Below are positions 30,625 to 42,585 of a stretch of 64,000 nt of DNA, one piece after another. Positions within the stretch are counted from its first letter, which is position 1. Each line of letters opens with the position of its first letter. Made by a program: the position numbers and the translations under genes. Origin of the DNA: Candidatus Methylacidiphilales bacterium (GTDB taxonomy: Bacteria > Pseudomonadota > Gammaproteobacteria > JASGCS01); NCBI GenBank assembly GCA_030054035.1, contig JASGCS010000001.1, forward strand, positions 149,515-213,514, given 5' to 3'. A model generated the notes under the pieces. The model worked only from the letters and a program-made list of their open reading frames with translations, was not told the origin of the DNA and ran no database searches.

Positions 30625-33036
30625 ATGTATAAATATATCAGATTTTTTGACACCATCACATTACAGGATATCCCTGTAGTAGGTGGGAAAAATGCCTCTC
30701 TCGGTGAGCTATACACAAACCTAACAAAAAAAAATGTTAAAGTCCCTTATGGATTTGCCATAACTGCAGATGCGTATCGAGAGTATATAAGTAAAAATAA
30801 GGTAGATGCTGTAATTCAAGAAGAGCTTTCAAAAATAAATATCCAAGATTATGAAAGTTTGAACGAAGGTGCTGGAAGAATACGAGCTGGTATTCAATAT
30901 GGTGAAATGCCTGAAGCAATTCAGGAAGAAATTTATGAGGCTTACACTTCACTGAACTATGCAGATGGGAGTTACTCAGAAGTTGCAGTTCGTAGTTCAG
31001 CAACTGCAGAAGATTTGCCTCACGCATCTTTTGCAGGTCAGCAAGATACCTATCTCAATATACGAGGTAGGAGAAATCTTGTAAGTTGTTGTAAACAAGT
31101 TTTTGCATCATTATTTACTGATCGAGCAATATCGTACAGAGCCCATCATCAATTTGATCACAAACAAGTTGCCTTATCCATTGTTGTTCAAAAAATGGTA
31201 CGCTCTGATTTGGCCTGTTCAGGTGTTATGTTTACAATCGATACAGAGAGCGGTTTTGATCAGGTGATTTATATTACTGCTGGATATGGGCTAGGTGAAA
31301 ATATTGTTCAAGGGGCGATTAATCCTGATGAATATTATGCATTTAAACCTGCAATAAAAAATAATCGGCAAAACCCCATACTAAAAAAGCAACTTGGGAC
31401 TAAGCAACTTAGAATGATCTATACTCAAGAGCACACCGCTGGACATTCTACAAAAAATGTTACAGTACATCCACATGAACAAAATGAATTTGCTTTACAA
31501 GATAATGAAATTGTACTACTTGCTCAATATGGATTAGCGATTGAGGAACATTATTCAATTATGCACGGTAAAAAAATCGCAATGGATATCGAATGGGCGA
31601 AAGATGGGATTGATGGGCAACTTTACGTTGTGCAAGCTCGCCCAGAAACAGTAAAATCCAGGCAATCTAAACAATTTTATCAAAAATTTACACTTGCCTC
31701 TCACGGTGAAGTCTTAACTGAAGGTAAAAGTGTGGGGGAAAAAATTGCTAGCGGAAACACAAGATTAATCTTATCTATTGAAGATATGGATCAATTACAA
31801 CAAGGAGAAATTTTAGTAACTGATATAACAGACCCAGACTGGGAACCAGTCTTAAAAAGAGCAGCTGGGATTATCACTAACAGAGGTGGTAGGACCTGTC
31901 ACGCAGCAATTATTGCTAGAGAATTAGGTATCCCAGCAATTGTGGGTTGTAACAATGCCACTAGTCTATTACAAGATACGACTCCTGTAACTATATCATG
32001 TGCAGAGGGAGATACCGGGCGTGTCTATAAAGGAATAATTCCGTTTTCAGTTGAAAATTTTGATTTATCAACATTATCAAAAACAAAAACCAAACTCATG
32101 GTCAATATTGGAAATCCGCAAATTGCAATGCAAATATCACAGCTTCCAGTAGACGGGGTAGGTTTGGCACGACTAGAATTTATAATCACAAACTCTATAA
32201 GAGTTCACCCAAAAGCGCTAATAGAATTTGACTCTTTGGATGAATATACAAAATATAGAATTGAGAAAATTACATCTGGATATAGTAATCCAAAAGACTT
32301 CTATATTGAGAAATTAACTGAAGGGATTAGTACAATTGCCGCGGCGTTCTACCCTAGACCAACAATTGTTCGTTTAAGTGATTTCAAATCAAATGAATAC
32401 GCATCGCTCGTCGGTGGCGATAGATACGAACCAAAAGAAGAAAATCCTATGCTAGGTTTTAGAGGGGCCTCAAGGTATTATTCAGATCAGTTTATTCAAT
32501 GCTTTGAATTAGAATGTGAAGCAATTAGAAGAGCGAGGACTGCGGTTGGTTTAGAAAATATTATCCCGATGATTCCATTTGCACGAACTGTTGAGGAGTG
32601 TTCAAAAGTAATTTCATTAATGGAAAAATTCGGACTTAAAAGAGGAAAAGACGCATTAGAAATTTATTTAATGTGTGAACTTCCATCTAACGCAATTCTT
32701 GCAGATAGATTTTTAGAACTCGTAGATGGGTTTTCAATTGGAAGTAATGATTTAACTCAGTTGACACTAGGTGTTGATCGAGATTCAGGTTTGCTGCGCG
32801 GGTTTGATGAGAGAGATGAGGCAGTTAAAACACTCGTCTCTATGGCTATTAAATCATGTTTGAAAAACAAAAAGTATATCGGTATTTGTGGTCAAGCCCC
32901 TTCTGATTATCCTGAATTTACTACATTCTTAGTAGAGAATAATATAACTTCTATTTCACTTAATCCTGACAGTGTGTTCACGATGAAAAAATTAATTAAC
33001 TCGCTTGAGTTATCCAAAAATAAACAAAATGACTGA
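30625..33036 (+). CDS. ppsA: Phosphoenolpyruvate synthase
   Basis: [47 protein letters not shown]. Confidence 0.97.
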   Translation: MYKYIRFFDTITLQDIPVVGGKNASLGELYTNLTKKNVKVPYGFAITADAYREYISKNKVDAVIQEELSKINIQDYESLNEGAGRIRAGIQYGEMPEAIQEEIYEAYTSLNYADGSYSEVAVRSSATAEDLPHASFAGQQDTYLNIRGRRNLVSCCKQVFASLFTDRAISYRAHHQFDHKQVALSIVVQKMVRSDLACSGVMFTIDTESGFDQVIYITAGYGLGENIVQGAINPDEYYAFKPAIKNNRQNPILKKQLGTKQLRMIYTQEHTAGHSTKNVTVHPHEQNEFALQDNEIVLLAQYGLAIEEHYSIMHGKKIAMDIEWAKDGIDGQLYVVQARPETVKSRQSKQFYQKFTLASHGEVLTEGKSVGEKIASGNTRLILSIEDMDQLQQGEILVTDITDPDWEPVLKRAAGIITNRGGRTCHAAIIARELGIPAIVGCNNATSLLQDTTPVTISCAEGDTGRVYKGIIPFSVENFDLSTLSKTKTKLMVNIGNPQIAMQISQLPVDGVGLARLEFIITNSIRVHPKALIEFDSLDEYTKYRIEKITSGYSNPKDFYIEKLTEGISTIAAAFYPRPTIVRLSDFKSNEYASLVGGDRYEPKEENPMLGFRGASRYYSDQFIQCFELECEAIRRARTAVGLENIIPMIPFARTVEECSKVISLMEKFGLKRGKDALEIYLMCELPSNAILADRFLELVDGFSIGSNDLTQLTLGVDRDSGLLRGFDERDEAVKTLVSMAIKSCLKNKKYIGICGQAPSDYPEFTTFLVENNITSISLNPDSVFTMKKLINSLELSKNKQND

Positions 33037-33253
33037 TTCAAAAGATCGTATCATAAAATCTCAAGGGGTTGTAATTGATGCGTTGCCAAACGCAACGTTT
33101 AGAGTGAAGCTTGATAATGGTCACACAATCATTTGCAATATTTCAGGAAAAATGAGAAAGCACTACATCAGAATCCTTAGAGGAGATCGTGTAGAAGTTG
33201 AGTTAAGTATGTACGATTTATCTAAAGGTAGAATAACTTTCAGAGCTAAGTAG
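33029..33253 (+). CDS. infA: Translation initiation factor IF-1 (start MTDSK preferred)
   Basis: [43 protein letters not shown]. Confidence 0.96.
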   Translation: MTDSKDRIIKSQGVVIDALPNATFRVKLDNGHTIICNISGKMRKHYIRILRGDRVEVELSMYDLSKGRITFRAK

Positions 33254-35573
33254 TAGTTTCAAGCTCACGAGGAATTTTTATCGAGCAACGATCGCCAAAA
33301 CCTGAATATAAAATAGTAATTATGTTCTGTTCCAAATTACCTTTGCCATTGTACGATAAAAGAAAGTCAGCTAATGGCTCACTAATGCAAGATTCAATAA
33401 ATTTATCTATTGGGCGCGAACCTGCACGGGCCTCGATTACTTTTTCTAAAATACATTTAATTACCGAAGCGTCAATTAAAAATTTATAATTCTTTTTAAC
33501 GACTCGATTTAAATAGTTATTAATATTGATTTTAATTATTTTTTCCAGCTCTTGATTTCCTAAAGATTGAAACACAATCAATTCGTCTAACCTACCAAGA
33601 AATTCTGGTGGGAATAGTTTTGTAACTGATTTTCTATCGAATGACTGAGTGATATTTTGAGTGTTGGACGAAAAACCAATTTCATTTGCATTAAGATCAA
33701 AACCAAGATTAGAGGTAAAGACAATTAGGCAGTTTTTAAAACTTATCTCACGGCCCATTTGATCGGAAAGCACGCCCCTGTCCATTATTTGTAAAAATAA
33801 TTGGTGCACCGCAGGAGTAGATTTTTCAATTTCATCCAATAGAATAATTGAATGAGGCTTGCGCGCAATTACTTCTGTAATTTGACCTCCTTGATCAAAA
33901 CCGACATAACCAGGTGGGGATCCAATTAGTCTTGAAACTGAATGCTGTTCGCTAAATTCAGACATATCGAAACGTACAAAATTCATGGATAATTTTTCAG
34001 CCAATTTTCTACAAAGCATAGTCTTACCCACACCTGTTGGCCCAAGAAATATACATTGATAAATTGGTTTCTCCGGATCACGAAGACCAGCGTAATATCG
34101 TTTTAACGCACTAGTTACCTTGGTAATTGCCTCCTGCTGTCCAATAATTTCATTATTTAATTCATTTACTATCAATTCTATTTTATTCAAATGTGGAGCT
34201 GTCAATGAATGCTTAGGGATATTTGTGATAGAAGCGACATGCTCCTCAACCATGTCGAGTGTTATCGGAAATGGAAGAGGTTCATTTTTAATTGATTTTC
34301 TAAACTTGGAACCTATTTCATCAAGTATATCAATTGCCTTATCGGGCAATTTTCTATCACCGATGTATCGTACAGAAAGCGCTATCGCTAAGCGAATTAC
34401 CTCATCGCTAAAAATTACAGAATGGAAATTTGATAATTCTTTTGTAATTCCTTTAATTATTTCCAATGATTCATCAACGGTCGGTTCTTTGATATCAACT
34501 TTACTAAATCTTCTTACTAGGGCAGAATCCTTTTCAAATATAGTTCGATATTCGACATACGTTGTCGCCCCAATACATCTGAAAGATCCAGAAGTCAGGA
34601 AAGGTTTTAGCATATTTGCAACATCGAGCGTGTTACCAGTAGTAGAGCCAGTTCCTATAATAGTATGAATTTCATCAATAAATAAAATTGGGTTTTTCTT
34701 TTCATTCAAAAAAGTCATAATTTCAACCATTTTTTTTTCAAAATCACCCCGATACTTAGTGCCAGCCACTAACGATCCGATCTGTAAAGAATAAACAGTG
34801 CTATTATTCAAAATCGGCATTGCCTTGTTTTGTGTAATTAAGTGCACTAACCCGTGAACTAAGGTGGTTTTACCCACTCCTGCATCACCTACTAGAATTG
34901 GATTATTTTTGTGTTTTCTGCCTAAGATGGTTGTAAGACGATCAAGTTCATAAACTCTACCCACCAGTGGAGGTAGCTTATTATTAAGTGCAAGAGTATT
35001 AAGATTAACTAAAACTGAGTCGATTGTAGATTGTTCTTGTTTAGATTTTTTTTCTTCAAGAACATGAAAGACAACATTTTTACGAACAGATGAGGCTTTT
35101 GGTTGAGTTGGAAAAGTAAGCACTTCTTCAAGTTGTAAAGATAAAAAATATTTAAGGAGTTGGGCTTTTCCTAACTTGTATTTTTGCATCAACGCTGAAG
35201 CAAATGTATCTTTCTCATCATGGAGAATAATTAAAAAAAACAAACTGTCGTAGTCTTGTTTGTTAGTTGTCTGCGAGTATTCAATTACCCGTTGAAGTAT
35301 ACGATGGGTAACGTTAGTTGGAACAGGGGTTTTTAGTAATTCACTGGATGGTGAATCTAAGTGTTTAGGTACATTGGACTCAAGATAAGACTTTAATTCA
35401 ATTTTACACAGAGAAATTTTTATTTTTTTTTGAGTACAAAAATCCTTCACTGCCTTTACTTGAAGCAAGGCGAGAAGCAGATGTTCTGGAGTTAGTACCG
35501 AATGTTTAGATTTCTGAGCATAGTCAATTACTATCAGGATATTTTTTTCTATTTCCCTGTTTAATCTATTCAT
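33246..35573 (-). CDS. clpA: ATP-dependent Clp protease ATP-binding subunit ClpA
   Basis: Two Walker A ([16 protein letters not shown]), [30 protein letters not shown] loop; convergent with infA. Confidence 0.9.
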   Translation of the reverse strand: MNRLNREIEKNILIVIDYAQKSKHSVLTPEHLLLALLQVKAVKDFCTQKKIKISLCKIELKSYLESNVPKHLDSPSSELLKTPVPTNVTHRILQRVIEYSQTTNKQDYDSLFFLIILHDEKDTFASALMQKYKLGKAQLLKYFLSLQLEEVLTFPTQPKASSVRKNVVFHVLEEKKSKQEQSTIDSVLVNLNTLALNNKLPPLVGRVYELDRLTTILGRKHKNNPILVGDAGVGKTTLVHGLVHLITQNKAMPILNNSTVYSLQIGSLVAGTKYRGDFEKKMVEIMTFLNEKKNPILFIDEIHTIIGTGSTTGNTLDVANMLKPFLTSGSFRCIGATTYVEYRTIFEKDSALVRRFSKVDIKEPTVDESLEIIKGITKELSNFHSVIFSDEVIRLAIALSVRYIGDRKLPDKAIDILDEIGSKFRKSIKNEPLPFPITLDMVEEHVASITNIPKHSLTAPHLNKIELIVNELNNEIIGQQEAITKVTSALKRYYAGLRDPEKPIYQCIFLGPTGVGKTMLCRKLAEKLSMNFVRFDMSEFSEQHSVSRLIGSPPGYVGFDQGGQITEVIARKPHSIILLDEIEKSTPAVHQLFLQIMDRGVLSDQMGREISFKNCLIVFTSNLGFDLNANEIGFSSNTQNITQSFDRKSVTKLFPPEFLGRLDELIVFQSLGNQELEKIIKININNYLNRVVKKNYKFLIDASVIKCILEKVIEARAGSRPIDKFIESCISEPLADFLLSYNGKGNLEQNIITILYSGFGDRCSIKIPRELETTT

Positions 35574-35599
35574 AATACCTAACTATTTTGAAAAGATTG

Positions 35600-36853
35600 C
35601 TACATCGAGGTGATAATTTGATCACCAAAAGCCTTTGTGCCTAGTAGTTCTGCTTGATCCATCAAACGATGAAAATCATATGTAACTTTTTTCTTAATTA
35701 CCGCCCCTTCTAGTCCTTTTAGCACTAAATCGGCAGCCTCATTCCAACCCAAATATCTAAGCATCATTTCTCCAGATAAAATGATTGAACCTGGATTAGC
35801 TTTATCTTGTTTTGCGTAGCGAGGTGCTGTACCATGAGTCGCTTCAAATACCGCAGAATAATCACCTATATTAGCCCCTGGAGCGATTCCAATCCCACCA
35901 ACCTGAGCTGCTAGTGAGTCAGACAAATAATCTCCATTTAAATTCATTGTCGCTACAACAGAAAACTCATTTGCTCTAAGCATCGATTGTTGGAAAAAAT
36001 TATCTGCTATAAAGTCTTTTACGACAATTTCCTTTCCATTGATAGGGTTTTTTATAGAGTACCAAGTGCCATCTTCGAATTGTTTTGCACCGAATTCTCT
36101 AATCGCTAACTGATATCCCCAATCTCGGAAACCGCCTTCAGTGAATTTCATTATATTCCCTTTATGAACAAGTGTAACCGAAGGTAAGTCAAAATCAATA
36201 GCATATTGAATCGCCATCTTAATTAATCTCTCACTTCCCTCTCTAGAAATAGGCTTGATACCAATACTAGAGGTGTTGGGAAACCTTATTGTGGTAACAT
36301 GCATTTCATTGATTAAAAAATTAACTATTTTTTTTGCTTCAGGTGATTCTGCTTTCCATTCAATTCCTGAATAGATATCTTCCGTGTTTTCTCTAAAAAT
36401 TACCATATTGACATCCTCAGGTTTTTTTACAGGAGATGGCACACCAGTAAAATACCTAACTGGTCTGACACAGGCATATAAGTCCATTTTTTGACGAATT
36501 GCAACATTTAATGAACGAATACCTCCACCAACTGGAGTGCCAAGTGGTCCTTTGATTGAGACCCCAATCTCTCGCATTGCATCTAGAGATTCTTCAGGGC
36601 AAAATTGCTCCGCACCATACATTTGGATCGCTTGATCTCCTAAATAAATTGGGACCCAACAAAGACGTTTCTTATCGCCATAGGCTTTTAAAACAGCTTG
36701 ATTTAGCACTGCTTTCATGACAGGTGATACATCAAAACCAATACCATCACCCTCAATATATCCAATAAATGGAAAATCAGGCACAATTGGCTTTGCATTG
36801 TTAAAAGTTATAAAAGAACCTTGATCTGGAAATTTGACATGTTTGTATTTCAT
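35600..36853 (-). CDS. icd: Isocitrate dehydrogenase, NADP-dependent E. coli type
   Basis: [50 protein letters not shown]. Confidence 0.96.
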   Translation of the reverse strand: MKYKHVKFPDQGSFITFNNAKPIVPDFPFIGYIEGDGIGFDVSPVMKAVLNQAVLKAYGDKKRLCWVPIYLGDQAIQMYGAEQFCPEESLDAMREIGVSIKGPLGTPVGGGIRSLNVAIRQKMDLYACVRPVRYFTGVPSPVKKPEDVNMVIFRENTEDIYSGIEWKAESPEAKKIVNFLINEMHVTTIRFPNTSSIGIKPISREGSERLIKMAIQYAIDFDLPSVTLVHKGNIMKFTEGGFRDWGYQLAIREFGAKQFEDGTWYSIKNPINGKEIVVKDFIADNFFQQSMLRANEFSVVATMNLNGDYLSDSLAAQVGGIGIAPGANIGDYSAVFEATHGTAPRYAKQDKANPGSIILSGEMMLRYLGWNEAADLVLKGLEGAVIKKKVTYDFHRLMDQAELLGTKAFGDQIITSM

Positions 36854-36914
36854 ATATAAGCCTACTATTTTATTCTTTTTATCATACCATAATTAAATGT
36901 ATTTTATGAATGAA

Positions 36915-39623
36915 TTAGCAGCTATAGTAAGTGGAATCGAATCCATCTGGGCATCGCCATGATTTTGGCACTTTGACTTGTTGCAATCTATGTTTTTTAT
37001 ATAACCTCATTAAATTATTCGTGTGAAAAAAACCATCAGGGGTATGGACGCGCTGAAGAGATTCATCAGTCAAAGCATCTTCTACTGGCAACCACACAGC
37101 AAAATCTCTATAAATACTTGCTCCCTTTACGATATCTATAGTCAAACTGTTGCTAGGAAACGCTTCCCAACGATTAAAGATTTTAGCAATAATTAAGGTA
37201 TGAGGACTTTCAGGTAATTTTGGAAATTTTAAATTACGAAAATCTGATGTATTAACACCTAAAGACATTAGATAGGAAAAAATTGAACTATTACAACTAT
37301 CTACAAAGGCTGTTTGGGATTTATCTTTACCGAAACATAGACTTTTACCTGGCTTTATAGAAGAAAAAAGTTGCATGGGATCATTGCTATTTCCCCTTAT
37401 ACGGTAGTTAGTTGAAACTACTGAAGTGCTAAATCGTAACTCAACCTCTACACCTAACCTCCAGATATTACTGTCTGGAAAATTAAAAAAATAATCACGA
37501 TTAAAAGCACCCCAACGCTCAGTGCCATCTACATTCAAACCAAATATAGCACCGGTTCCCCATTTAGGCTTCGGGCTACCACCACTAATAGTGGGGGGTA
37601 GAACATCGATATCAATTCCATGGTACTCAATACCAATTACTGGATGCACTGGATTAGCTGTTCCAATAATATTGTACTTTCCAATATTACGCTCAGGATC
37701 AAAAAATGCGAAGTTGGTGAAAAGATATTCACGCGAAATCCATATAGGTGAGTCCTCACCAGCTACTGTAGACTTATTTTTACTATAGGTGTATATTTGA
37801 TTTAAGAAAGGAATATTAAAATATAAATTGCTAATAATTCTAAATTCATTTCCATTTTTAAATATATATCTATTCATATCATTGACCACTGCTTGCTCAG
37901 AAGCAAATTTACTGCTTCTGAGCATATTTGAAGTGAGTTTTAGCTCACCATTATTAACGCTCACAAGATCAGAAGTCGGCACTCCGTAAAAACCCTGGGC
38001 GTTATTCCAAAAACCCCAAATAATAGAATTTAATCTATTTGTGCTAAAATCATCGGCCATAATTTTAAAATACTCTTTTGAGGTAGTAGGTGTTACAGTT
38101 AAATCGGTAAATAATTTTCTAGTGGCTGCGGGAATTGTAATTTCTTTCACACCTCGATAGATTGGTTCATAACCACATCCCGGTGATGAGTCATTGCAAG
38201 CACTATCATATTTAATATACACACAAACTTTAATCTTGCGTGTTACTGGTGGAAAAGCCACAAAGGCAGCTTTATTATCATTAGAATAAGTAAGAGAAAC
38301 ATAATAATCATTTCTACCAAAATAAAGCCAGCGAGAATCAGAACTATACCAATCAACGGAAGTATTTGGTCCACCGCCTTGAACCGAAGGAACAAAAATA
38401 TCAGATGTGTTATTAGTAATTATTGGAAATGAATTTAAAAGATTATCCGCAATAGCTTTTGCTTGTGGTGATGCGGATCCATCTGAAGAGGAAATTTCAT
38501 CAGGCATACATTTAAAAGTTGAGTGCTCTTTAATTGAATCAGTTATATTACTACAAGCATTGCCAATACCATCTTTTTCCATATCAGCTTGATCATGATT
38601 AAATACACTAGGACAGTTATCTTGATTATTTGGTACACCATCATTATCATCATCGGATATCTGATCTGATCGTTCACATCCAATCCCTAGCGGATCAGAA
38701 CTTAATGATGAAATAAAGCCAACTCTACTAAAGGGACATCGGTCAGTTTGAGCTAATTTTCTATTGTCGTAATAACGCAATTCTCCCGAACCAGTATACG
38801 ATGTTACCTCTGAGCAATGCGCATCAATTAACCCATCATTATCGATGTCACAATCAACTGAATTTAAAACACCATCACCATCATAGTCACCAGAAGTTTG
38901 AAACTTTAATATGGACTTTTTTCCTTCTGGAATATACAAACTAGGTGGATTTAATTCGCAAGTATCGCCTATGCCATTTAAATTTTTATCATTTTGATTA
39001 GAATGAATAAATAGTAAACCATATACACTATTACTTTGTGAGACGGCAGGACAATTGTCAAGAAAATCTGGAACTCCATCGTGATCGCTATCAAGGTCTT
39101 CGGTATTATCTCTACAGCCATTTTGGTTTCTGTCATTCTGTAAATTGCTTGACCAATTTGTAAGCCCTGAGGGGCATTGATCGGAAGCATTTACTATACC
39201 ATCACCATCGCTATCGACTACAGCTGGGGTATTTAAATTTACTGCAGAATTACTTAAAACCCTGCTTGCGCTTTCGTCTGAGGGGTGAGATAAAGTTTCA
39301 TTTATGGGCGGTTGCACTAAAGCAAAACCTTGGTTATTTTCACTATTTGTTTTAAATTTATTTAGAAAGGCACGTTGTGTATCAATAAAGTTAGGCGTAA
39401 CAGTTTCCTCCGCAAACTTGCCAATAAGCTCATAATTATTAGCGGGGTTAATTTCCTGTCTTGATAGATTAGGTTTGTTGTGTAAAGCAGTGCTTTTATG
39501 GGCGGCAAAATCAGTCTGCTTTGAAATGGTCATTAAACCCTTGCCTTTGTTTAATGTAAATACGATAATTATGGTAATTTGCACTAGCAGTAATACTAAA
39601 AAGAATGCTACAACGTTCTTCAT
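36915..39623 (-). CDS. 902-aa membrane-anchored/exported protein with thrombospondin type 3-like Ca-binding repeats and an unrecognised C-terminal region
   Basis: Hydrophobic N-terminus; DSDGDG..DQCP, DSDHDGVPDFLDNCP, DYDGDG, DIDNDG, DDDNDGVPNNQDNCP..DQAD..KDGIGNAC. Confidence 0.75.
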   Translation of the reverse strand: MKNVVAFFLVLLLVQITIIIVFTLNKGKGLMTISKQTDFAAHKSTALHNKPNLSRQEINPANNYELIGKFAEETVTPNFIDTQRAFLNKFKTNSENNQGFALVQPPINETLSHPSDESASRVLSNSAVNLNTPAVVDSDGDGIVNASDQCPSGLTNWSSNLQNDRNQNGCRDNTEDLDSDHDGVPDFLDNCPAVSQSNSVYGLLFIHSNQNDKNLNGIGDTCELNPPSLYIPEGKKSILKFQTSGDYDGDGVLNSVDCDIDNDGLIDAHCSEVTSYTGSGELRYYDNRKLAQTDRCPFSRVGFISSLSSDPLGIGCERSDQISDDDNDGVPNNQDNCPSVFNHDQADMEKDGIGNACSNITDSIKEHSTFKCMPDEISSSDGSASPQAKAIADNLLNSFPIITNNTSDIFVPSVQGGGPNTSVDWYSSDSRWLYFGRNDYYVSLTYSNDNKAAFVAFPPVTRKIKVCVYIKYDSACNDSSPGCGYEPIYRGVKEITIPAATRKLFTDLTVTPTTSKEYFKIMADDFSTNRLNSIIWGFWNNAQGFYGVPTSDLVSVNNGELKLTSNMLRSSKFASEQAVVNDMNRYIFKNGNEFRIISNLYFNIPFLNQIYTYSKNKSTVAGEDSPIWISREYLFTNFAFFDPERNIGKYNIIGTANPVHPVIGIEYHGIDIDVLPPTISGGSPKPKWGTGAIFGLNVDGTERWGAFNRDYFFNFPDSNIWRLGVEVELRFSTSVVSTNYRIRGNSNDPMQLFSSIKPGKSLCFGKDKSQTAFVDSCNSSIFSYLMSLGVNTSDFRNLKFPKLPESPHTLIIAKIFNRWEAFPSNSLTIDIVKGASIYRDFAVWLPVEDALTDESLQRVHTPDGFFHTNNLMRLYKKHRLQQVKVPKSWRCPDGFDSTYYSC

Positions 39624-39718
39624 ATTTATTATTATATATGAAGAACGTTAGCTGAAATTGAGGTGCGGGGTAGCAATTAAGATCAACTATTGTAAAATGC
39701 CATGTAATATCTAACACC

Positions 39719-41716
39719 ATGTACTATAGAAGAGAAATTGATGGGCTTCGAGCAATTGCAATAATCCCTGTTATCCTTTTTCACACAGGCAACTCATTTT
39801 TTACTGGCGGGTATCTTGGGGTGGATATTTTTTTTGTCATAAGTGGATATTTGATAACTTCTATAATTTATCAAGAAATGCAGCAATCTACATTTAGCTT
39901 CAAATCATTCTACATGCGTAGAGTGAGGAGAATTTTACCAGCATTATACTTTTTATTGTTTGTTTTGTTTCTTATTGTGCCATTTTTCTTATTTCCTGAA
40001 GATTACTCAAGAGCTGTATTTGTTGGCTTTAGCTCAATATTTTTTCTATCAAATGTTTTTCTGGCAAATCATAGTGGGTATTTTGATCAAGATGCGATAC
40101 ATAACCCTCTAGTACACACCTGGAGTCTTTCAATTGAAGAGCAGTTTTATTTTTCATTTCCATTGATCTTATTTGTAACAGTAATCTTTGGTAGAAGATT
40201 ACGTATCAAGAATATAGAGATATGGCTACTGGTATTGCTCTTTATTTTAATATTGTTAGGGATTTATATTGCACAATTGCATTCTATTTCTGATCCAATA
40301 GTAAACTACTATCGCTTTACATCACGATATTGGGAACTGTTAGCAGGATCGTTTTGCGCAATCTGTGTAAACCATGCTTTCTTAGAGTGTAAAAATCGTT
40401 GGTGGAATGAAATAATTTCTGGGATTAGTATCACTACAATTATACTATCAATTGCATTTTTTTCAGAAGAATCTAACGTACCGTCAGTGAAACTAATTAT
40501 TCCAATATTAGCTAGTTGTCTCCTTATATTGTATACCTATCAGAATAAAAGCTTCGTCTCAATGATTTTACAATCAAGGTTGCTAGTTGGGATTGGTTTA
40601 TTGAGTTACAGTTTATACTTATGGCACCAACCTGTTTTTGTCATTACACATACCCTCTTTGGTAACTGGAGCACGCTAACTATCATTGTTGCTTTTATTG
40701 CAATTAGTATGCTTTCAATTATCTCGTATTATTTCGTTGAGAAACCATTTAGAAATAAAAATACTATTAGCAATAAAACATTGCTACTTATAATATCAAG
40801 TAGCACGATACTACTGATCGCATGGAGTGTTATGGTTTACTATACAAAAGGTTTAGAATTTATAATGGCTGAAATACCCTTTGAAAAAGATGCCCGAAAA
40901 AGTTATCTTATCTACAAAGAAAACCTAGTTGATCCAACCCCAACACAAGATTCACCGTGTATGATTGCGGTAGAACGACCACTTGAGCTTCCTGATAGCG
41001 CGTTAGCTAGCTGTTTTAATAAATGGGGCACTGCGATAATTATTATTGGCGATTCTCATGGGTATAATTTATATGACATTTTTTTAAAACATAGCACTCA
41101 TAGGTTCGTCATATCATTTGCACAAGGTGGTTGTCGCCCAGCTCAAAAAGATTCCAATTCTAAAAAAAAATGTGCGAATTCAGAAATTGCTAAATTTATA
41201 CTCGATCAAGCAACGCAGATTAAAAATGTTTACTACATTCAAGCAGGTTTAGATTTATTCACCTTACTAACCAAAAACCAAAGAAGATTATTATTCAATA
41301 ATGATGATGTGATTCATGACATTCAAGATAGTAAAATCTCTGCAGTACTTTCATATTTACAGTTATTTTCTCATAAGGTACCGACTATATGGATTGGTCC
41401 ATGGGTAGATCCATTTATAAAACCTCACACTCTTTCAGGTTTTAAGGCTATGCAGAATAAAAATTTTGCAATTTCTGATCATATAATTTCCCATTACAAA
41501 AGACTAGATGCAAAAATAATTGATAGGGTAACTAACCTAAGGGAAAAAACTGTATGGTACTTGTCTATCATCGAATTAATTCTGCCTTTTGGAATTGCTT
41601 CACAACAATGCTCTTACTTTATTGACGAAGATCACCTCAGTCCTTGTGGAACTAGAATGCTTGGCAAGGCTATTTACAATAGCCTTGATGAGTTTTCACG
41701 AGTTGTTAAAAAATAA
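39719..41716 (+). CDS. OafA-like acyltransferase 3 with C-terminal SGNH domain
   Basis: YRREIDGLRAIA, GVDIFFVISGYLI, RRILPA, HTWSLSIEEQFY, SYSLYLWHQP; IIGDSHG and DEDHLS. Confidence 0.92.
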   Translation: MYYRREIDGLRAIAIIPVILFHTGNSFFTGGYLGVDIFFVISGYLITSIIYQEMQQSTFSFKSFYMRRVRRILPALYFLLFVLFLIVPFFLFPEDYSRAVFVGFSSIFFLSNVFLANHSGYFDQDAIHNPLVHTWSLSIEEQFYFSFPLILFVTVIFGRRLRIKNIEIWLLVLLFILILLGIYIAQLHSISDPIVNYYRFTSRYWELLAGSFCAICVNHAFLECKNRWWNEIISGISITTIILSIAFFSEESNVPSVKLIIPILASCLLILYTYQNKSFVSMILQSRLLVGIGLLSYSLYLWHQPVFVITHTLFGNWSTLTIIVAFIAISMLSIISYYFVEKPFRNKNTISNKTLLLIISSSTILLIAWSVMVYYTKGLEFIMAEIPFEKDARKSYLIYKENLVDPTPTQDSPCMIAVERPLELPDSALASCFNKWGTAIIIIGDSHGYNLYDIFLKHSTHRFVISFAQGGCRPAQKDSNSKKKCANSEIAKFILDQATQIKNVYYIQAGLDLFTLLTKNQRRLLFNNDDVIHDIQDSKISAVLSYLQLFSHKVPTIWIGPWVDPFIKPHTLSGFKAMQNKNFAISDHIISHYKRLDAKIIDRVTNLREKTVWYLSIIELILPFGIASQQCSYFIDEDHLSPCGTRMLGKAIYNSLDEFSRVVKK

Positions 41717-41732
41717 TAGCAACATTTAAAAT

Positions 41733-41808
41733 TGGTGCCGGTAAAAGGACTTGAACCTCCAACCGCTCGCTTACAAAGCGAATGCTCTACCAATTGAGCT
41801 ATACCGGC
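41733..41808 (-). tRNA. tRNA-Thr(TGT)
   Basis: GCCGGTATAGCTCAATTGGTAGAGCATTCGCTTTGTAAGCGAGCGGTTGGAGGTTCAAGTCCTTTTACCGGCACCA. Confidence 0.95.
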
Positions 41809-41829
41809 GTCGATCACTATTATACCAAT

Positions 41830-42585
41830 TTACTCATTTTCACATGAAGTCCACTGAACTGTTTGAGGTGTAACAATTTCTTCTATCTGTTTTGCAAGGG
41901 TAGAGTCTTTTGCTACAACAGTTGAAGATATGGATAGTTCCGGCACTACCGTGTCGAGAGGCACTGTATTAAAATCAAATTGAGGGTACCTTTTTTTTAA
42001 TTTAACAGCAATATTTTCTGCGGTATTTTTCTTTTTATATACTCCAACCGAAACTGAACTCTGATATTTAGAATCTACAATAATATAAAATTCTTTAAAA
42101 TTAAGTCTATTTAATTCTTTTGCAATAGTCTGTGCTTTTAAAATTGATTTTTCAGTAGGTATAATTACTCTGTAAAAGTTTTTTTCAATTAACTTACTGT
42201 ATGAACTTAACCGAATCGAATCTTTGAATGTCATAAGTTCCTGTAGCGCCCGATCACGATCTTTAACCGTTGGAAATGGTATTTGCGCACATAATATTGT
42301 TGTATCTATTGCTAGCTGTTGAGTAGAGGGGGGTACAGGGATTGTTTCAGATAATTCTGGAACAGTTAACGTTTGATTAGTTGACAGCGTAAGTTCATTG
42401 TTATTTTTAAGGTCTGATAAAGTATTTAACTGATGTAGAGGTTCAATACCGTAATTATCAAAATTATGTTTTGGTCTATATGTTTCTAAATATAGAAAAA
42501 GTAATAATACCATATTTGCAATAGATAAAAAAAGCACAATGATTCTACTCATAATGGGTTCGTAACATTTTTTGCATAGTATCAA
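41830..42585 (-). CDS. Probable SPOR-domain membrane protein
   Basis: N-terminal TM (LFLSIANMVLLL), YRVIIP, SVSVGVYKKKNTAE; lies between coaX and tRNA-Thr as in other gammaproteobacteria. Confidence 0.6.
   Translation of the reverse strand: MILCKKCYEPIMSRIIVLFLSIANMVLLLFLYLETYRPKHNFDNYGIEPLHQLNTLSDLKNNNELTLSTNQTLTVPELSETIPVPPSTQQLAIDTTILCAQIPFPTVKDRDRALQELMTFKDSIRLSSYSKLIEKNFYRVIIPTEKSILKAQTIAKELNRLNFKEFYIIVDSKYQSSVSVGVYKKKNTAENIAVKLKKRYPQFDFNTVPLDTVVPELSISSTVVAKDSTLAKQIEEIVTPQTVQWTSCENE

Noticed and set aside
34120-34668. 182-aa plus-strand ORF, and similar antisense or alternate-frame ORFs inside plsX, fabF, fabD, dnaJ, dnaK, iscS, ppsA, ychF, prs and others
   Set aside because: Shadow frames of well-supported genes with no recognisable motifs
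36854-36914. Search for an attR-like copy of the tRNA-Thr 3' end
   Set aside because: No match to TGGTGCCGGTAAAA seen here or between the TSP3 and acyltransferase genes
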